A stretch of 64,000 bases of DNA from Auanema rhodensis (taxonomy: Eukaryota > Animalia > Nematoda), in NCBI GenBank assembly GCA_964057225.1, contig OZ059896.1, positions 7,006,001-7,070,000 on the forward strand, read 5' to 3'. The notes beneath the pieces are model-generated. The model was not told the DNA's origin. It saw only the letters and a program-made list of their open reading frames with translations, and made no database searches. Positions within the stretch are counted from its first letter, which is position 1, and each line of letters starts with the position of its first letter. This document shows positions 26,601 through 39,100 of this stretch, one piece after another. The translations under genes were made by a program, and so were the position numbers.

Positions 26601-29600
26601 AAGCAAATTAATAATTATAGAGCATAAGAGATAACACGTTAAGATCTTAACCAACGATAGAAACAATAAAAAAACCTCTCATAAGCTATGAAAAAAATTG
26701 GATGAAATAGAAAACAAGTGAAATCCACAGAGACAGAGGACGTAAATTAAAAGAGAGCAGAAGTTCAAACAATCTGATACACAATTGAAATGAAAGAATT
26801 CATGAAAAAATAACCTAATAAGAGTCACAAACATAAAAAAATTGTTATTCGAATTACATAAACTGCCAATTGTCCTAGAAAAAAACAATCAGAAAATTAT
26901 GAATGATTAATCAGTTCTATACACATGAACAACCGCACATCAGCTGCACCATGCAAAACAATGAATAAACGTTTGGAAGCCCCGCGTGAAATTGCGCGTG
27001 TTGTAGGTAAAAGCTTCAAAATTTAGAACAGGAAATTTTAAAATGCAACGAAAATATGAAAAAACCCAAAATATTTAATATCCATACATTAAGCCATAAG
27101 GCCTGATGTCCAGCAATTTCGCTTTCAGTTTTCCTAACTTAACATAACCGCTGTTACTAACTAATCAACAATACTAATACAAATGAACGAAGTCATGGAG
27201 ATTCAGGAAAAAGACAGCCGTTGAGTAAATGATGCAGGTGTCGGAAAAAGGCGCGAAGTTTCAAAATCTCAGATGAACAATTGATTACTAACTAGTGATT
27301 GTGTTCCATTCGATTAAACAATCTCTGAACGGAAGTGAGTTTAGAAATGAATTTCTGGAAGAGAAGATTCTACATGTATAGAAGGAAAGGAACTAAATGA
27401 ATGATAGAAAATGAAGTGAAAGAGGAAAGAGAAACTGAAGCTGTTAAAGAGAAAGGCAACTAAATCACGAAAGAAGCATACAAATGAGTGAAATAGACTG
27501 TTGATTTGGCTGAAATGAATGAGGACCAGAGGCATACGAACATCTGGAAAACCAGACATTAAAGACAAGACGTCAGCTGGAGATTTAGATGATGGCGCCA
27601 AAATACTGAAAGGTTTGAAACGGATATTCATCCTACAATGTCATTCGGATGAAGTGTGATGAGCTGACTGGCGTTACATGGAAATTGTAAATTTGGATTT
27701 GATGGTTCTCACTTTCTAATCGACGTATAAGAACGAAAACGATTTCTGATTTATGGTAAGTCGTTATATTGATGACATCATCATTGAAGCTGGAGATAAC
27801 AGCTCATGAGGCTCATAATGACAGGGAGCTAGCGGGGATTTCAATGGCAGTAGAGTCTATCACGGCTTCAGTTTCATATTCAGTCTCACATTCAATCTCT
27901 TTTTGATATTGATATATCCAGCTCTACCGCCGCTACCACCACCACAACCAGAAGCAACTATGTGTCTATCTATCTCCAGGCTTTGAAGCTGAATGATGGA
28001 GCTCAAATCCATGAAAGTGTGTAATCTGACTCCGTATCAGGTTGTGCCGATAGATGGCACTCCTTTCAGAATTGCTCCAAGCAATTTGGGAAAATGATGT
28101 GAACGGAGGGGACTCTGGAACCAAGCTGGGAACGACACATAGAGCTTTCTGTCATTGAAATAAGATCAATATAATTAAAATTCTGTTTCGAATAATTCAT
28201 ATTCTCTTCTTCTCTCAGAAATATTGTTTTTAGCAAAGCTCGCAAATCTCTCCAATTCCAGACAAAGGTAAGCAAATGGAACAAAGCCCATATATATGTA
28301 TATCGTGATTAAATTTGATCCGATGATTGGATGTTTTGAAATTTTATTCGCTTTCTTGAGACGTTTTAAACTCTATTATACACGCCGACGTGTTCATATT
28401 TCTAACAGAGTCAGAGTCATTGTCAAGAACTGATTTCAAAAGCAAAAAAAAAGCGGTAAAAGAACAGAAAGACTGCTACCTTGGACTATGAAGTAGAGAA
28501 ATATTGAAAGAACATGAGCAAGATTACGGTAATTCTGTTTATCTCTCCGCTATCGCTCACTATCTCATTCACTCTTTCTTCTCATTTCGCTTAAACATCA
28601 TGTGCTGTTCAGTCTGACCTGACTGTCTCCCAGAAAAAAAAGAAAGACGAAAAAGAGAAATAGAAATAGAAAGAGAGAGAAGAGAAACGGACATATAAAG
28701 GGGGGAAGAGAAGGGGTATCAGTTACACGTACGTATGTTCGTGATCAAACAATCACTGAATAGAGGCAGGGTTCCTTCTCCATCATCATGTAAGAGGATA
28801 CGGCGAATCAGATCAATCTATCTAGTAAAACAGAGCCACACTTATATCCATACCAAGCAAAAAAATCAAAATTAAGAAATAGAAAAAGAGTTTTTGTAGC
28901 AAAAAATAAGGTTAAAAGAGAAGAAAAAAGAAGGTGGGACAGATAGATAGATGGGAAAGAATACTACCAACTTCTTTCAATCACAGCTATCGAACAATGC
29001 CTCCCAGAAGTCAAAGGTCGATGAATAGAGCAGCGGGTTTGAACAACATAATGATCTTCAAATCATAATTTTTTTTGCTGAATTCTAAAAAATAAGTCTC
29101 CTATATAACAATAGCATTGAGAACTGAGTTCTACTTTATATTTCTCCTGTTATATATAAACAAATATAAGAAAATATGCTTTATATATATATATAAAAAA
29201 TATATATATATTATATTGCTAAAATATTAAAATGAATAAAATTGATAAAGAAATGATGGAAAGCTGTAGAACTGTGCGTGGGCTGGTGTTAGAGGATGGG
29301 ATACCATCTAAACATTACAACATGAAATCAATGATTTTATGATAAACAATAGTCAATGAAAACCGTTTATATCAGCTACTAAATGATATCAGCTAATTCA
29401 ATATAATTTTATTTATAAGAACAATTGACAGTAATAATATTAAAAATAAATAAATTAAGTATTAGATGTAGTATTATATTCAATATTTCATTCCTGTTAA
29501 CCGACAGTGTTGACATGTTCATATGTCATCCTACGATAAAAAAAAAGAATAGACATGGAATACAGCTAAAGTTAAGGCAACTTTTCTTTGAAATATTAGA

Positions 29601-30042
29601 TACGGGAATCTGATATATCGATATTTCACCGAGATAATCATAATGGAAGCTGATACTGCATTTTAGGAGACTCAGCTGGTTAAATATTAGAACAAATATC
29701 ACATCATAATAATAGTTTGATTTGTAAAAACAGAGTTCTGCTCAAAAATGATTTGTTTTTTGAAAAACGGTTGTAGACATTGTCAGAGCCCCGTTGTTTG
29801 TACTAACATAATTTTTTTTAAATGTTATGTAGTTAGGATACTAGGGAGCTTAAAGCAAAAAGAAGCCTCTTTGAAATCACGTCAATATTCTCGAAAGGTT
29901 GTATATGAATACCATCAAATTGGATAAATATTACTGTTATTGAATTTAGAAATTCTATTTAATTATTCCAGAGTTTTCACAATTTAAAGCAAGAAAGAAC
30001 AGGAGAGGGAACGTATTTAAATTTTCAATCCATGAGACCCAC

Positions 30043-30460
30043 CTTTAGGCAAAAACTGCAAAACATTGGAAGGGAGAAAGAGTAATCGACGATTTTAAAA
30101 ATAATTGTTGGCCTCAATATTCTTCTAACTATATATTCAAACCTATTATTCCTCAAAAGCTTATTCTGAATGGTGCGAGGTTGTGCTGAACGTACGTCTG
30201 CTGTTTCCTGCTGATATCCTGCTTTAGAAAACTGTTATTTACTGCTGAGGCTTAGGTTATACTTCTCTAGACCCTATTCGACCTAATTGTAAGCGGTGTA
30301 TATCAATAGAAGCAATTGAAGAAATGGTACTTCCGGCCATTCGACTGACTAGCCGCTGGCCCAATGTTCATAGTTGCTCAGCTAATTTCTGATAATGGTT
30401 GAATACACTCAGCTGAATAATAGCTTACCTTGCCAAATAGTCATTTGACAAACCATTCAA
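30043..30460 (-). other. Candidate spliced 5' exons downstream of ddb-1 (30429-30460; ~30263-30381; 30196-30218/21; microexon 30043-30055)
   Basis: TTTTCTAG|32 nt|GTAAG, AC|GTACGT donor and TTTTGCAG|13 nt|GTGGGT. Joined frame reads MAGSTISSIASIDIHRLQLGRIGSRE-DISRKQQT-FCLK. No homology recognised. Confidence 0.35.
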
Positions 30461-30702
30461 CTAGAAAATGCTTTTGACGATTAGGGACCACTTCAAAATA
30501 TCGCCGTTTTTGAACCTTGCTCGGTTAAGATTTCCTTTTATGGGTGTTAAAACAAGGGAATATGATTACTCTCAAATTTATGAATCTCGTTCTACACGTA
30601 CGAGTCAAAAAGTGTTATTTCAACAAGAAAAACCTGTTTCAAACTAATAAGAGCATGCAACATACAACCAATTGTTAAAAAAAAGAGTATATGTATTCTA
30701 TT

Positions 30703-33700
30703 TTAATGAATTCGAGAGAGATCTTCGATAATTTTAATAATTTCTTCCGTCATTTGCTCGGGTTCCAAATATTCTTTGCCTGAAGAAAAGAAACATAACA
30801 ATTCTAAAGGCAAGCTTCATACCTGGGACAACAACATGTTTGAAAGTCTCCATTCGTTTTTCTCGCGGCCATTCCAAAACAGATTCGACGAGGTCACCGT
30901 CAACAAACCCGAATGCCTGAATGAGCATTTAACTGAATTCATGACTCTATAGCTTCTAACACCAAAATATCGAAAAAAATGAAAATTATTTTGCCAAATA
31001 CGCTGTTAATTTTTTTATAGATTAGAAGCAGGGATACTAAAAAGGGCAAATAAATCTTGCAATATTACATATAAGGAAAATGTTTAGGCTTGTCAACTTA
31101 CCCTATCTATACATCTTTGTGAATAAAACTGCCTATAAACGGCATGCGAAATACGCATGCAATTGACAGTGTTTTTGGCAACAGCACATTCTATCTCTGT
31201 CAGGAACCTATTCGAGAATACAATGATGTTTCAAAAAGATTTTCCTTTTCGTACTTGAAATATGGTTCGGGTAACTGAACAATTAATCCAATTCCTCCAT
31301 CAGATGTTCCAAAAAGAATCGGCTTATCAATAGGAAGTTGACTGTCAATATGACTTGCCAATAATGAACCTCTTCGGAAAACATTAATCAATTCTCCAAT
31401 GTAATATTGGCCTCGTTCCTGAAACCCATGTTTTAAATGGATGATTCTCGATGAAAGATACTAACCCGCAATTTTGGTTTTTCTTCAACTGAGCATCTGT
31501 CTACTTCTCCGGAGAAGACATTGAAAGAAGATTCAGCACCCAAAATGGTTTCTGCATCAACAAATTCAACAGCTGTCATCCACATGCCACGATGATCTCT
31601 GAACAAAAACTAGATGGATTTCTTATATCAGTAGTGATTACCTAGCGCTTTCTTCAAAAACACATTCCATATTTTTATAACTAAGGACACAAACAGATCT
31701 CATTAAATCTCCCACAAGTACTTGATCTCCCTTGAAAATGTTATAAGATATTTCCAATTTTCCAGGGTTTTACTTACCTTAACTTTTACACTTAAAGCTG
31801 CAATGTGATTAAAGTGTGAACACTCCAATCGTAATTCAGGTTTATCAGAATCAGGCCATTCGAAAAGACGTACAGAGCTTGAAAACGATTTCTTCAGTTA
31901 TTTAATATTATTATTACCTGTTAAGAGCTACAATCAGTTTGGAACCCAGTACATCCATAGCAAATGGACAGCCTTTCACTTCTTTTTCAGAAACTCGACG
32001 AAGACGGTGACGATCTTCCACATTTGTCTCAAATATAATAATACGTCCCTAAACCTTATAGTAAGCACAGAAAGATAGTAAATCCAAACCGCTTTGACTT
32101 CAGTCTCGTCATTATATACTATGGCTGTTCCCACAATATAATACACTTTTGGATCCTCACCAAGACGAGTAGATACTATAGTTGTAGCATGTTCATTTTG
32201 AGCAAATTCATGGCAATGCAATGGCTCGAACGTATTGGCATTAAGAACAACAAAGGAGTGGACCATTCCGTCACTACTTTCAGCACTAGCTTGATTTCTC
32301 AAACCTGATGTAAACACTTTACAATTTGAAGATTTGATTTATATATACCTAATTCCGGTTTACTTACAGAGGTTGCTACAGCCATACGTGATATGGAATT
32401 TCTATTAGAAATCTTTAAAATAAAAACTTAAAGGGATAAAGAAAAAATCTTAATAACCTCAGGACGTTCACACAGTATACCAATGGTACCGGTTTCTCTC
32501 TGATAAGCTATTCTTTTAACGGACTCTCCAAGTGGAACAGAACGAATATGCAATTTTTGAATATCGTCAATCATGCCAATAGATAATGTTTCCCCGTCCG
32601 ACATAACTAAGCAATCCCTAAGTATAAATTGTTTTTAAAGCAAAAGTTCAATTCTATAGGGTACCTGTAGTTTTCTGAGTTCAAGCAGCAGACTTGAGTT
32701 AAAAGCTTCAAATTTACATTAGAAAACACAAGCTTATTATTCGAAGAAAATATAACTGTAGGACGATCCGAGCAAGCAAAAACGTTTGTCATTCCACGAG
32801 ATTCGAATCTGTGAAGACTAGGTGGCTGAGTTCCTAATGATGCTTTTTTCAAATCTTGCAATTCTCCTATACATATTAAAATCGACTTATAAGCTTGTAT
32901 TTGAATACTTTACCAGTTGCTTTATCAATCATGTAATAGTAAAGAGATCCATCTCCTAGAGCTAATAGGAGATATGCTGTTTCCTCCATAACGGTAAGAA
33001 GGATAGACCTGGGTAAAACATCAACACTTAGTTTTTCATGGGTTATCTGAAATTCTTCATGATCTTACAAAGAAATAAAATGCAAATACCTCAGTCAATT
33101 CAGGAAGAGTCAATAAAGCTGCGCTATTTTCAGTCCAAAAGCCAAGTGCAACCATAGTAGAATCAGTTGAATCTACGAAATCAAAAGTAAAGTAGACTGA
33201 TATAAAAGAAACCTAAGCTGGATATGTCAATGCATGAGACTTCATAAGGTAAAGTTTTCGTAGATATAGTTTCGAAAAAGTGTTTCTTGGGATGACAAAT
33301 CAAATAATGCAATGTGGAAGCACATACAACAACAATCTTAATTTGGAATATCATCAAGAGGAAACAATAATAATTAAAACCTGTCCTGATTTTCCGTTGA
33401 CCCCAACAAGATCAATTTGACCAGAAGGAGGATTCCAGTATACGTTGGAATCATTTGGATTGCATAAACGAATTCCAGATGTTGTAACCTAGATGAAGCA
33501 TGAAATAGTGGAGCAAATCACCATAAATTACTTGAACAATAGATGATGAGCTTCCTATTTTTCCAGCCCAAAGGGTTGCTTCTTCAGTAGTAAGTTGCAA
33601 GAGCTCAGTGTCTTCTAATTCTTCCCCTTGAATTTTTAGAATGTGAGTTTCCTCAGCGAAAGAAACAATTAGATAGTTATCAAAATGAGAATCGATACTC

Positions 33701-35359
33701 AAGGCAAATATTCCCTATAAAGTAAGTGTGTTATTGAATACATATAAATTGTATACCTTAATTCCTGGAAGTTCAACAGAAGCTGCTTCTTCAATACCAA
33801 TACCATTTCTGATAATTCTGAGCGATCCATCCTGTAAAAATATTTTTGTTTAATTCATTATATTCATCAAAACCTTATAACATCCTGAGCAGGTGACTAA
33901 TTGAGTTTGGCCATCACTTTCAATAACAGTCATATCTCTAATGGGAGCAAGATTAACGAATGTTTCCAAAACCTTGAAGTTGTATTATAAGCTTTAACAA
34001 ATTAACGTGACGTACAGAAACAAAAGAATTTTCAGGGGTAGGTTCAGTTGTTAACCTGATCAATTGAGAATCACCAAATCTTGAGCCGACAAAAATAACT
34101 CCATTATCAAGGTAGACCAAGCACTCTGGTGTAGAAATTTCACCCAACAATTCCAACTAAAAATTACATATAGGATACAAAATAAAAGGAAACAGACCTT
34201 CATGTTTCCTACTTGTTGGTCAGATTCATCGAGGTCCAGGACAATCATGCACAGATTTCCAAAACGATCACCAAGTAAAAATCGTTGCCCATTTTTATCA
34301 ATTGGAGCATAACAACAGAACTGTCCCTGTCTCATTAAAGCAGGAGAAATAGAAAGGTAAGAGGATTCACTTCTTAAAAAAACCATATAAAAAGAATATT
34401 TTTTAAATGTTTAACTTATAATATAGAATGGTTTCTTGGCCAACAATGATAGCACCTCCATATGGTTGGGGAACAGGAATAATAAGAAGAGATTCACTCT
34501 CAATATTATCCTGTAGTAATTGAATAACTAAAATAGAAAGAACAACTATAACTTACATGCTTAGCTACAGTTCTAATTTCTTTATCAATTAATCCCAGCT
34601 CGCAAACTTTCAAATGTCGACCATTAAGATCACTGTATATATAAGCAAGCTTGATTTCATCGCCTAAATTACTCAATTATTTTGAAACTATAGCTTTCAA
34701 TGACCAGGAGTTTGCAAGAAGCAGAAATCTACAAGCTGAAGATCTTCAAGTCGAACACTAAAACACTTCAGATCCTTGAATTCTTTGTTATCCTTTAAAT
34801 CATTCCAATGAATAATTTTAATTGCTCCATCATATAGCCGTAACGCAATAACCTTGAAAACTTTTTTAATGCTTAATTTCAAATATTTTCAAGCTACTCC
34901 TGATTTATGTACTGAAACCATTGTGCCATTTTCGACTGGTCGTCCTACACGATCTGCTACACTTCCCGCAGCTCTCGTTATAATTTCACCGGTTTCTTCA
35001 TCCCAAGATAATATTGCAAGATGAAACTTTCCCGTTAAAATAAGTAAACTATCTCTGGACTGAAAACAAAACAGTTATAGGAATAAAATAAAAACAAACC
35101 TCTCCCTTAGGACGAAACAATGTGATTGCAACAACGCGCCCAAATATAGGAACTTCTTGAAGTGACTTGAGACCTTCTGATGTTACTTTGTAAATATGTA
35201 CACGGCTAATTTTAGCTAGGATTAAATTTAAGTCATCTTTATCTGCAACATTTATTATTATTAGTGACCATTACAATATTTCTCACTTGTAAAATTTCCA
35301 ACAACAGCTTCTGTTACAATTGTAGCTTTTTTGGCTGACACAAGATAACTGTAGGCCAT
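30703..35359 (-). CDS. ddb-1: DNA damage-binding protein 1 (CUL4 adaptor), 27 exons, complete
   Basis: [126 protein letters not shown], ending [10 protein letters not shown] (TAA 30703-30705). All 26 introns traced in frame. Confidence 0.96.
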
Positions 35360-35489
35360 GTCACTTTGGTGACTGCTATAACAAGTTTATTCTAATTCAC
35401 AATGCTTATATAAATATGATATATATTTAACAACAAATTCATTTTTTATTTAGTAACCGAAGTGAAATTCAAATTTATATACTGCATAA

Positions 35490-35595
35490 TAAAAACGGGA
35501 AATTGCGACCGGTTATTTTCCCACGAAATTTCAGCAAATTTAAAAATTTTATAATTTAAAATTACATATTGTGATATTGGGCGGGCCAAATCAGC
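35490..35595. promoter_or_regulatory. Putative ddb-1 promoter with E2F/DREAM-like elements
   Basis: CGGGAAA, TTTTCCCACGAAA and TTGGGCGGGCCAAA are GC islands in AT-rich DNA, 130-230 nt upstream of the ATG. Confidence 0.35.
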
Positions 35596-36105
35596 CATCG
35601 TCGCAATATTTTAATAAGTTAATACTTAAAAATTTTAAAATGAATAAGGCTATGCTTGACCCGACTTGCCACTCCATTGTGGATGTTGTTGTCGATTGAA
35701 AATTTAGTTCAAGTCAGTATTTGGTGTTGATTACACTTATGATCAAACAAAAGGTAAATAGTTTTTAAATAGAAATAGGTCTAATGACATATTGATTCCG
35801 AAAGCCAGACAGTAAATAAGCAGTATGAAATATCTTTAAATGATATGAAAAACAAGAAAATAAATTAAATGAATGCTTTTTTAAATATTCCGAAGATCTT
35901 AACGCCACAATATTTACTAGTGAAGAAAAATGAAACTTATTTTTATAAAAAAGTTTAAAAATCCTAATTTAATTTTTTACAACAATGTGAGACCAAATAA
36001 ATAAAATACTGTGCAATAGGTGCAAGTATAGTAATCCGGAATGTTATATGTGAAGTAAATTCTATTCAAAGTGTAGTGAGAAAAAAATAAATGTTTGAGT
36101 TATTT

Positions 36106-39100
36106 TTATCTTCCGCTTCCCGTGAGTGTATCTTCAATCCATGTTAAGTAAGGAGCGACCATGGTATAAATTCCAGGTTGATTCCTTTGAGCACACCCGT
36201 CTCCCCAACTAATCACCCCAGATAGTACATATCTACCTTAAGTTTAAATCATTAGTTTCAATTGTAAGAGTTTAGCTAACAAACCATCTTTATCTAAGCA
36301 TGCATATGGACCTCCAGAATCGCCTTGGCATGAGTCTATTCCTCCCTAAATGAGTTTTTAGTAATTGTTTGAAGAATTATATATACTTCTAAATATCCGG
36401 CACAGAAAGCTGATCGACTCATAGAATCATAAATTCTCGAGGAGTTTTTACAAGAATTTCTATCGATGATTGGTAATACTGCAGCTTGTAGTTTAGTGGG
36501 ATATTCTTAAATTGTAATTTTTGCTGAATAGGAAGCTATGAAAACCTAGGCCTAAGCTGCCCCATCCTGAAACAATGCATTTCGTCCCCGTATCGTAACT
36601 GAAATCTCGAGCAGGCAAACATATTGGCTGTACAAAGTCAGTCCATTCAAATCCAGGAGATGGTATTTGAAGAATAGCAAGATCGTGAGAGAATAAATCT
36701 GAACAATGTGAAAGGTTTGATATACCTAGGAGTTTCTGAGAACCTTCATAGAGTGGATAAAAATGTATCCGAATAATACTAAAAGCCTGTTCAGTTCCTT
36801 CAGTGATGTTGTTATCCCAATCTCCAGCAACAACATAATATGTTGATGGTCTTCGATCATCTCTATAATGATTGGAATTTACAGAATTTCCTTATATATA
36901 TATTCTTCAGTTTACTCGAAACAATGAGCTGCTGTTATTAAATGAGTTCTATCCAGTATGCTGGCTCCACAGTGATGCGCTGCCGTCTACATATTCCATT
37001 GTATTTCGTAAAAAGGTTAGTGAAAGTAACATACAGTTTTAATCCGGATTGCTGCTGTCCAAGGAAATGCACCAGCAGCAGTTTCAAAGCCTCCAACAAC
37101 ACGTGCAAGTCTTTCTCGGGAAGGATCGCGGGCATTAACATCGACACGACGACGACCACAAATTGCGTCCGAATCTGTTAATTTTCAGTAGAACAAAACA
37201 GTTTTGTATTAAAATACCGGTAACAACAGAAGGACAGCGTACACGAGCTTGTTGGCTACAACTAATAGATGATGTTATAGAGCAAGTATCTGTACATTGA
37301 ATCACTCGTCCTTTTCCAGATAAGGCTATAGGAGTTAACGTTGAAGCGTCACCACTTAAACTGATAGTCTTATCCGACATCATAAGAGGTAAGCTTACGT
37401 CAGTTGCATTATTGAACATATTTTGGAAGCAGCTCGTTTATCAATTCCATTTGCGCATACCGGTTCCCATTTACCAAATAAATAAACTTCTACAGATCCA
37501 CTATTCTCAGTTCCATTTGCAAATCTCAAATTTAGTGCTAAAACCACACAATAAGTCATTCTTGTTATATGCATGTTACTACCTTGACATCGACTTTCAT
37601 CTACACCATCTGAGCAATCCCTTCTTCCATCACATACTTTTTCATTTGATATGCAAGTACCGTCTCCACATACAGCATCTTCACAATCAGAGCATCTAAA
37701 TGTATTCCAAATTGATTAAAAGTAAATGTAAAAGTGAAAAAAACTTTATAGAGGTACAAGCAACCGAAGAAACACATGAATTCATTCTTAAACACTGTAC
37801 GCTCCATCCATTTTCATCTAAACTGTTGCGCTTTGTTGGATCGAACGCCCGTCTGAATATCAAATCAAGTGCTAAATAAATTATTTTGTGCTAACTTATA
37901 TCCGGCAATAGAGCATATTGAGCTTTGATAATCTATTGAATAGTTATCATCACAAACTGGTTTCCAAGTACCATTTCGAGCAGCAAGAAGTGTAAACGAT
38001 GTCGAATTTCGAGAAAATTCTACTTCTTCTGAAATTGATTAAATATTTTTCAATCGTAATATACGTATTCTTGATTTTTGATTACTTTGGGGAATTCTTC
38101 GTCGATAGTATAGTGAAGTTGGCTTGGTCACTAGATTGGTTGAAATTAATGCTGAATCCGTAAGCAAACATGTCTATTCATTATAAATTTGATGTTATTT
38201 TAGAAGTTTCATTTTTTAAAAACCTGTGTACGTGGTTCATATGAGAATGCTTCACAAACTAGAGAACTATCAAGACATCGTTTTGCACACTGAAATAGTA
38301 ATAAATTACTTAAAAAATTGATCTTCAAAGTTACTCCTTGAACGTGTGGAATATAGTTCCAAATTTCGGTAACTTTATCAACTAATTTCATAGCTCCGAC
38401 AAGCTCAAATGATTGAAGATAGTCTCCTTAAACAATATTATTAGTTAATTAGTATTTGTAATTTAATATTAACCACAGCTCATTTCATCACTTCCATCTA
38501 AACAATCTTTCTCATAATCACAGCGAAAGTCTAGCGAAATACATCTCATATCGCCACATCGGAACTCTTTATCTGAGCATTCATGTTTTCCTAAACAAAT
38601 TATTAAATAAGTAAAACTGTATGATAATATATTCTAAGCTAACCTTTTTCTTTCTCATCTCGAAGTTCACCAAAAACAGGACAATCTTCTATAGTACAAT
38701 AATCACGTTGGTTAGGGGCGGTATAACACTCAGGATGTCTATAAAAATATATTTAAATAACCATAAGAAGGTAATATATGCTCCACCTCTGGCCAGGTAT
38801 TAGAATTCTACAATAATTGTGATTCCAATCTTTCTGATTATCTGTTATTGTTCCATAATACATGATTGCTGGATCATTCCATCGCATGCAAGGAGCATCT
38901 AGAGAAATTGAGGTGAATAACCAAAGGCTTTTATCTAGAAACTTGTTCTTGTCGAATTTCGGAATCCTTGATATCCCTGAGAACTTATACATTCCAATCC
39001 ACTTTCACAAATAATTTTTCCCGGTGTGTTGCAATCATGAGCTGTATACTTTCCGTTCAGCACAGCTAAGCACCGTCCGGTACCATTTACAGAAAACTAA

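Larger units (their letters stand above)
7613..30000. promoter_or_regulatory. ~22 kb gene-free regulatory/intronic region upstream of the GATA factor
   Basis: No credible spliced ORF; the track ORFs are low-complexity artefacts of purine/pyrimidine tracts. Contains Pbx/Hox-, TCF- and EOR-1-like motifs. Large cis-regulatory regions are typical of developmental transcription factors. Confidence 0.6.

Noticed and set aside
7976-29700. Dozens of 60-190 aa ORFs in the track (Leu/Ser/Phe-rich, poly-Met, poly-Ile)
   Set aside because: Translations of CT/GA tracts and microsatellites, with no domain motifs and no consistent splice chains.
32317-32348. Apparent 32-nt ddb-1 intron with AAG acceptor
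   Set aside because: A CAG acceptor at 32305 gives a typical 44-nt in-frame intron.
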